From Hyaloraphidium curvatum SAG 235-1 (lineage: Eukaryota; Fungi; Monoblepharomycota): 64,000 nt of DNA. The notes beneath the pieces were generated by a model, which saw only the letters and a program-made list of their open reading frames with translations, ran no database searches and was not told where the DNA came from. The translations under genes were made by a program, and so were the position numbers. The stretch is taken from assembly GCA_025558095.1 (NCBI GenBank), contig JAIVFI010000028.1, positions 248,001 through 312,000 on the forward strand, read 5' to 3'. Of the stretch, positions 57,351 through 64,000 are shown piece after piece (position 1 is the first letter of the stretch; each line of letters begins with the position of its first letter).

Positions 57351-58638
57351 TCACTCCTTGTTCAACCACTTAAAAACGGAGCTGAAGTCCTTGGTCGAAA
57401 ACTCTTTGCTGCTGGACAACTGCTTGTAGACCTCGAAAGCCGTTGCACCGAGCAGGGTGGTGCTGCCGCTGCCCCGGGAGGCGTCCATCGCGAGCCCAAG
57501 GTCCTTCGCCATGAGCTTGACACCAAAACCGCCTTCATACCCCTTCGACGCAGGGACTTCCGCCATCACACCGGGAACCGGGTTGTACGTGTCGGTGGAC
57601 CAGCAGCGGCCGGAAGAGGAGTTGATGATCTCACTGAGGCGCTTGGGATCCATGCCCAGCCGCACGCCGAGGTTCAGCGCCTCGGAGGAAGCAATCATGC
57701 TGATTCCCAGCAGCATGTTGTTGCAGATCTTCGCGATCTGTTTTGGAGCGTGTAAGAACGACGCTCAACGCTTGGGGTCACCCAGACTAACCTGTCCAGC
57801 GCCGACATCCCCACAATCCCAAATCTTTCCCCCCATGAGCTTCAGCAGCGTGTTTGCCCTCTCAAAAGTCTCCTTGGAGGGGGAACCGACCATGAAGGAC
57901 AGAGTGCCCTTCGTTGCGCCTCCAGTGCCTTGAGGTAGAGAAAGAAAGTCAACTTCGCTACGATCCAATGCCCCGTAAGAGACCCTACCTCCAGAAACGG
58001 GAGCATCGATCACCTGCGCCGCCTTTTTGGACCGGAACTCCTCGCTCACGCCCTTGATCGTCTCGGCATCGATGGTGCTGCTGTCGATGAACAGCTGGTC
58101 CGTCCGAGCCCCCTCGAAAAGTCCACCCTTGCCAAGGTAGACCTCCTTGACCTGCACCGGCCCCGGCAGCATTGTCACGATCACATCGCACTCCCGCGAG
58201 AGCTCAGCGAGCGACGTGGTGGCCTTGGCCTCCGGGAACGACGAGGTGAACTTCGACGTCGAGGCCGAAGACACATCATAGACCACGAATTTGGGTTTCG
58301 ACGATGCCGTCTTCGTGAACAGGTTGGTGGCCATGGGCTGCGAGCAGCGCGTCATTGCAAGTGCGGAATATGGAGTTGGGCTTTGAGCGTCGTTCTGGGT
58401 CCGACGGAGGCAGCGGGACCCACGTAGCCCATCTGTCCGAGCCCAATGAAGCCGATCGAGGCCGGCAACGCCTGTTTCAGAGGGCAGGAGGTGGCGGAAG
58501 GTCCCGGGTGGCAAGGGAGGCATTCAGAACTGCCCGGAGAGCCGGGCTCGCGCTGCGCACCGCATCCGACTTCCATCTCCGGCTCTCAATGAGCCTAGCA
58601 GTCGCGTTCCGCGGGAGCAGAGGTCGTGCTCGGAGCAT
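57351..58638 (-). CDS. HIBADH: 3-hydroxyisobutyrate dehydrogenase, mitochondrial
   Basis: IGFIGLGQMG|PMATNL, TMLP, IDSSTID, DAPVSGG, GTLSFMVG, AKICNNML, SSGRCWS...YNPVPG, YEGGF...LMAKDLGLA, KDFSSV. Confidence 0.95.
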
Positions 58639-58847
58639 TGCAAGTTGTGTGGCTGTTGACGATGCCGCTTCCCTGGCGCCGCCGCGCCGGCGGTTGGCCG
58701 GCGGCGTGCGCGCGCGAGGATCCCAAAACCGTTCGTCCCAAGTCGGCACGACCAGCAGGCCTTTGCCAGCTCCGGCGAATGTTTCCGGGAGCTGTGCTCC
58801 TATAGTTTTCTTTTTCTATGTCGCACGGCGAGGCTCCGGCGGACACA

Positions 58848-60322
58848 ATGGCGTCCTCGAGCTTGGTCAAGGGCGGCCTGTCGGGGGAGCGCATGCGCGG
58901 CCTCTTGTTGACGGCCGGGGGTATCATGGGCGCGTTTCTCGTCTAGTGGGTCCATCTTGGCCCCGGGACGCGGGAGGTCTGTCTAACTCGCGAGCACGCG
59001 CCGTCGGGTTCACTCGGACGTGTCTTCGCCGCGCAACTCTGAACCAGTGGGGTCATTCAGGAGAAGATCATGACCACGCCTTACGGCCCAAACGGAGAAC
59101 GCTTCACCAACACCGCCTTCCTGGTGCTGATTAACCGGCTGGTCTCCATCGCCGTTGCGGCTTCCCTGCTCAAAGCCAAGCGGGAACCGCCCGAGGCATT
59201 CCGGCCAATCGCGCCCCTTTCCTCCTACGTCATGATTGCGGGCTGCAATTTCATGGCCACCTTTTGCCAGTACGAAGCCCTCAAGTTCCTGTCGTTCCCT
59301 ACGCAGACCCTGGGGAAGTGCGGCAAGATGGTACCGGTCATGATCATCGGGTACTTCGCGCAGAAGAAGAAGTACTCCGCCGTGGATTGGGGAACCATGC
59401 TGGCCATCACCCTGGGATGCACTGTCTTTCTGATCAGCGGGGTTCGTTCAGGTTGTCGGTGTCTGCAGTTGGTGCCTCACCACCGGCCGCGCAGGACATT
59501 ACGGCTTCGCACAAGAAGGGCAGCGATTCCGACACTCCCCTGGGTCTTCTCTTGCTCCTGACGTACCTGTTCTTTGACGGGTTTACGTCGACGTCGCAAG
59601 AGAAGCTCTTCAAGGGGTACAAGATGTCCAGCAACCACCAGATGCTCTTTGTCGGATCCTGCTCCGCCGCGCTGAGCATCTTCCGTACGTGTAGCGTCTG
59701 GCAGAACCGGTGCGTTGTTCACAGCTCTTCCCGGCAGTGCTTATGTTCCCCATCGATCGGCTCATTACGACGGGCAAGTTCCAATTCAACAACCTCGGAC
59801 CTTCCTTGAGCTTCGCATTCAACTATCCTGCGCTTCTTTTCGATGCTCTCATCTTGTCGGCTGCGTCCACCGGGGGACAGTCGCTCATATACCACTGCAT
59901 CAAAGAGTACGGCGCTTTGGTTTACTCCACAAGTAAGTTGGCCACAATCTCGGGGTATGTGACCAGATTTTCACCCTTTGAAAGTAATGACGACTAGGCA
60001 GCTGATCTCGGTCATGCTCTCCACGGTGCTTTTTGCACATCCTTTGTCACTCCTGCAGTGGTGAGTCCCAAGGAAGTCTAGCAGGCCTCATCTCACGCGC
60101 CTTTCCAGGTTGTCGTCTTTCGTCGTCTTCGGCTCTCTCTACTACAAATCCTACGCAGCTGCAAACAAGCCTGACAAGCGTTCGTCGGCTCCGGGCGCGG
60201 ATGGCGGTGCAAAGGCGGAGTCGGAAGCATCGCTCTTGCCCATCGACTCGGCGAACAAGGACGGCGTGGCGGACCTGCAAAGCGTCAGCATTGAGACCGC
60301 GGCAAACGGCAGTACGAAATGA
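58848..60322 (+). CDS. UAA-family (SLC35B2-like) PAPS / nucleotide-sugar transporter
   Basis: YGVIQEKIMT, FLVLINR, CQYEALKFLSFPTQTLGKCGKMVPVM, YLFFDGFTS..QEKLF, GQ..IY..IKEYGAL. Confidence 0.9.
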
Positions 60323-60522
60323 GCGATCGCCTGCGCGGCTTGGAGACGCCGCTGGACGAACACTATGTATCGTCCGAGCAGGGATCGCGATTTCATGACA
60401 ACTAGATGTAAACTACTCGGTATGAACATCTGATTTGCTTCGCATACCACTGGTAGCTGGCCGCGGACTGACACGGGCGCGCGGATCGCTCGTGATCCCG
60501 CTCCGGACAAGCGAACACAAAC

Positions 60523-62072
60523 ATGCCCTCCCTGAAGGCCCGGAAGACCGTAGTTCTAGATGTCGTGGGCCTGACTCGGTACGAATTTGTTTCATTCGCG
60601 TCATGTGGCGTCCAGACGGCTCACGGACCGTTCAAGAGAGCACATCTCGCCCGAGACCACGCCCCGGATAGACGCGTTCCTCAACAGCGGGAGCAGCAAG
60701 CTGCGCGAGATCGACCCCGCCTTCCCCGCCCTGACATGCACGGCTCAAGCTTCGTACCTGACGGGTCTCCCGCCGTCGCAGCACGGGGCGGTCGCCAACG
60801 GCTGGTTCGACAAGACCTACTGCGAATACCGGAACTGGCACCAGTCCAGCAAGCTGCTCATGGCCCCGCGATTGTTCCGGAAGATCAAAGAGGCCGATCC
60901 CAGCGCTACCGTCTTCATGAACTGCTGGTGGTTCTGCATGTACGACGAGGACGTGGACTACGCGGTCACGCCCAGGCCGCAGTACCTCACCAATGGCGGC
61001 AAGCTCCCGGACTGCTATACGAAGCCAACGCCTCTGAGAGATGAGCTGCAGAGCCGTCTGGGAAAGTTCCCGCTGCACAAGTTCTGGGGCCCGACCACGT
61101 CGGTGCAGTCGTCGCAGTGGATCGCGGACGCAACAATGATTGTGGACGAAGTGGGCATGCTGCCGTCGGTTTCTTGTCACGTTCCTGACCAGGCTCGACT
61201 CCCAGAAGTACGACCCGACGCTGACCCTCGTGTACCTTCCCCACCTAGACTACGGGCTGCAGAAGTTCGGACCCGACAACCCTACCGAGATTCCCTCGGA
61301 TCTTCGGCAAATCGATGGAGTCGTGGGGCAACTGATTGACTATTATTCCGCGAAAAGGGCGAACGTCGTCATATTGTCGGAGTACGGGATAGGCCCGGTT
61401 TCAGAGCCGATACACATCAACCGTGTTCTCAGGGAACATGGCTACATCGTCACCCGCCGGGAGAACTATGGGGAGACTCTGGATTGCGGCGCGAGCCCTG
61501 CTTTTGCGCTTGCGGACCACCAGGTGGCGCACGTTTACGTGCAAAGGAAGGGTGACATCCCCGCGGTGAAGGAGCTGCTGGAGAGCATTCCGGGTGTGGA
61601 TGTTGCCCTGACCGCAAAGGAACAGGGGGAGTCCTACAATCCGGAGCGCAGTGGCGATTTGCTCGCCGTTGCCAAGGAGAACTATTGGTTCACCTACTAC
61701 TACTGGCCGGCCGAAAAGTGGCGCTCGTCCGCGCCGGACTTTGCTTACACCGTCGCCATCCACCGAAAACCCGGCTACGACCCGGCGGAAATGTTCTTCC
61801 GTTTCCCCAATCTGCCGAACTGGCTCGGGTTCCTTTACCTGATCTTCAAGTTCTTTGTCGTCTACGTTTTGCACATTCGGACCATCGTGGACGGCACGCC
61901 CCTGGATTCCGGCGCTGTCCTCATCCGGGGAAGCCACGGACGCGGTGGACCCGTCGGCGTGGACAAGCGTTTCCGCCCGGTCGTCATTGCCGAGAAGGGC
62001 ATGGGAACGGCTCCCGTCATGAAGGCGGTCGGGGTATACGATGTTATTCTCAAGACCGTCCTTTCGAAGTAG
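60523..62072 (+). CDS. Alkaline-phosphatase-superfamily nucleotide pyrophosphatase, EboF-like
   Basis: VVLDVVGLT, PALTCTAQ..YLTG..P..HG.VANGW, FWGP....SS.WIA, LVYLPHLDY.LQ.FGP, LSEYGI, AFALADHQVAHVY, APDFA.TV.IHRKPGYDP.E.F, GSHG. Two introns. Confidence 0.88.
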
Positions 62073-62087
62073 GCTCTAGCAGTTCTA

Positions 62088-63295
62088 TCAATCCACTCCT
62101 CGATCGAACTCGTCCGGTTTGGCAGCGCTGTCCGCGACGACGTAGCTGTCCAGCTTGTGATAAGCCGGCCAGCTGCTTCCCGTCCTACTGGCCGCGCGAA
62201 TCCTGACGTCGCACTTGGGAACATACAGGTGGCGGAGGTACGGGCTGTCTGTAACCGTCTTTCTGAACATCTCCATCTTGGCCGTGTCAGACCCGCCCTT
62301 TCTCCAGGTTCCCGCAAAACGATGTTCGACCTTTGCCATCTGAAGAGGATGTCTGGTAAGAATCGATGATGGAAACCTCGATTCTCACTCACCGGATCGG
62401 ACGTGAACTGGCTTCCCATGTGCCCGACGCCGGGTGAGAAGCCAGTGATGGGAAAGACGGCCACAGAGCCGCCCTCAGGGCCGTTGTCCACGAAGGTGAT
62501 GTCGGTCCGATTCAGGATGTTGCGCCACGAGAATTTGTGGTCCTTCAGAAACGCGTGAAGCTGATCGGTGAACATAACCGGGCCCCCGGTGTGGAGCACG
62601 GCCCGTTCCGACTTCATGTAGGCCGCGTCACCCAGCTTCAAGCGCAAACGCCTGACCGACTCCGCGACAACGCGTTCCATGAACTGGCTACCTGGAGCTG
62701 AAGCGATGGTCCACTGGCAAATGTGGAGCTTCCGCGGGTATATCTGGTCCCAGTTCGACATGAGCGAACCATCGGTTTCCACGCCAACGACGACTTCGAC
62801 CTCGCCCCATCCCTGGGGAAACCACTTTTCGGCGGGCTTTAGGCACTTGGTGTCCACGTCCGAATAGATGCCCCCGTACGTTGCTAGCAAAAGATACCGG
62901 GACAGATCCGCCCTGTAGATGGGGTGCGGAAGGGCCTCCCAAAGGTCCAGGATGTCCGGGTGCTTCTGCGCGACGAAGCGGTCGATCTCCGAGTCCGTCC
63001 AGAGGATGTACGTGTAGTCCGTGTTCAGCTTCTGGAACGATACGATGCTCTCAAGCACCTTGATGGGTGCCTTGGCGAAATCGGTGTCCTTCCAGGACTG
63101 GTGGATCACACGCGGGATCCTGCGGCGGTCTCCCTGAGCCCGTTGTTCCAAATGCTGCCTCAACGCGTTCTCGGCAACCTCCAGCGCCGTGAGGTACCGA
63201 TGGCAGACGGGTCGCGGCAGGAGGTACTCCCGCACGGCAAGCGAGAGGAGGGCGAGTCCGGTCACGAGCAAGGCGTAAGAGCGCCACGAAGGCAT
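62088..63295 (-). CDS. GT32 alpha-1,6-mannosyltransferase (Och1/Hoc1-like)
   Basis: Type II TM anchor, IPRVIHQSWK, RADLSRYL.L...GGIYSDVDT (DxD), QWTIAS.PG, GP..FT, FSPGVGHMG, H.F.GTW. One intron. Confidence 0.9.
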
Positions 63296-64000
63296 CGCGA
63301 GGACCGGCTCGAAGGACGACTCTACGTCGGAAGTCGCCGCGTGCGCGAGGTGTCCAACGTGTCCCTCATCCAGCGCGCCGAAGTCACCTCGGCCACCACG
63401 CGAAGTCCGAAGCCACAACGCGCAGCCACGCCGCCAGCCAATACTAGCTAAAGGAATGAGGTGCCGAAAATCGCCGCTCAGGCCCGATCGGGCACGATCA
63501 CTACTTGAGGCGGCGCCGCTCAGCTCAGCTACATCATCCACCCGGCCCCAAGCCAAAGTGGGCATCAAACCTGATCAATGGGGCGTCTTCCTGCTTGCAA
63601 AAGCTGGGCTAGTTGATCAGATTTGATGCGGTCGTTGCCCTGACCTCCGATACGCCGCAATCTGGCTTCCGATCGCGGCTTCCGCGGCGATCCGGAGTCG
63701 CAACTCCAGGCGTTCTGCCGGACGTCCCAGTCTCCCCCTATCACTTGAACATGTATCCATCCAAGGTTTTGGGCGGAATCGGGGGGGGCTGGCCCGAATG
63801 CGGCATTGTTATGGGTTCATGGGTGCCAATGGGTGCACATCCCTCCGAGTCGGGACCCATTATCGCGGGCGTGCGCAACGCCATCTTCTCTGCACGATAT
63901 TCGGAAGCGAGCAGACAGGCCCCGAGTGCCCTCATTCTCCCCCAGATCGGTTAGCAGATCGTGTCCGACCCGTTCCGCCCCTTCCTGCGCCAGCTGAACG

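Noticed and set aside
58930-58950. Apparent in-frame TAG codons in the SLC35B gene (also in the BVMO near 29696 and 29993) suggesting recoding
   Set aside because: Explained by introns that split Tyr codons (TA|gtgggt...ag|T/C).

Overview
Gene-dense, GC-rich eukaryotic nuclear DNA with many short (about 50-170 nt) GT-AG introns (donors GTGGGT/GTGAGT/GTGCGT, branch sites CTGAC/CTAAC). Gene content (ERT1/RDS2-type Zn2Cys6 factor, Gti1/Pac2, SFP1, YSC84, Och1-like GT32) points to a fungus, probably early-diverging (chytrid/monoblepharid-like; this is inference). About 33 protein-coding genes can be supported. Housekeeping genes include head-to-head HSP60/HSP10, RecQ, SLX1, elongase, HIBADH and an SLC35B transporter. 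The more unusual content is: (1) a non-autonomous Copia-type LTR element with 282-bp LTRs and a half-tRNAiMet primer site, next to a fresh mitochondrial cob NUMT, both hitting the same gene remnant; (2) an island at about 34.0-39.8 kb bounded by degenerate direct repeats, carrying an intronless 937-aa protein with serine-resolvase-like motifs, a palindromic repeat array in its divergent promoter, and a CCCH gene; (3) a secreted mucin-like protein with six 4-Cys trefoil(P-type)-like repeats plus a ricin-B-like domain; (4) a Neverland/DAF-36-type Rieske sterol 7-desaturase; (5) a candidate gustatory-receptor-like 7TM ion channel; (6) an arylamine N-acetyltransferase with a Cys-His-Glu triad; (7) several bacteria-like genes, including an EboF-like phosphodiesterase. 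All assignments come from reading motifs by eye. No searches were run, and exon boundaries are approximate.
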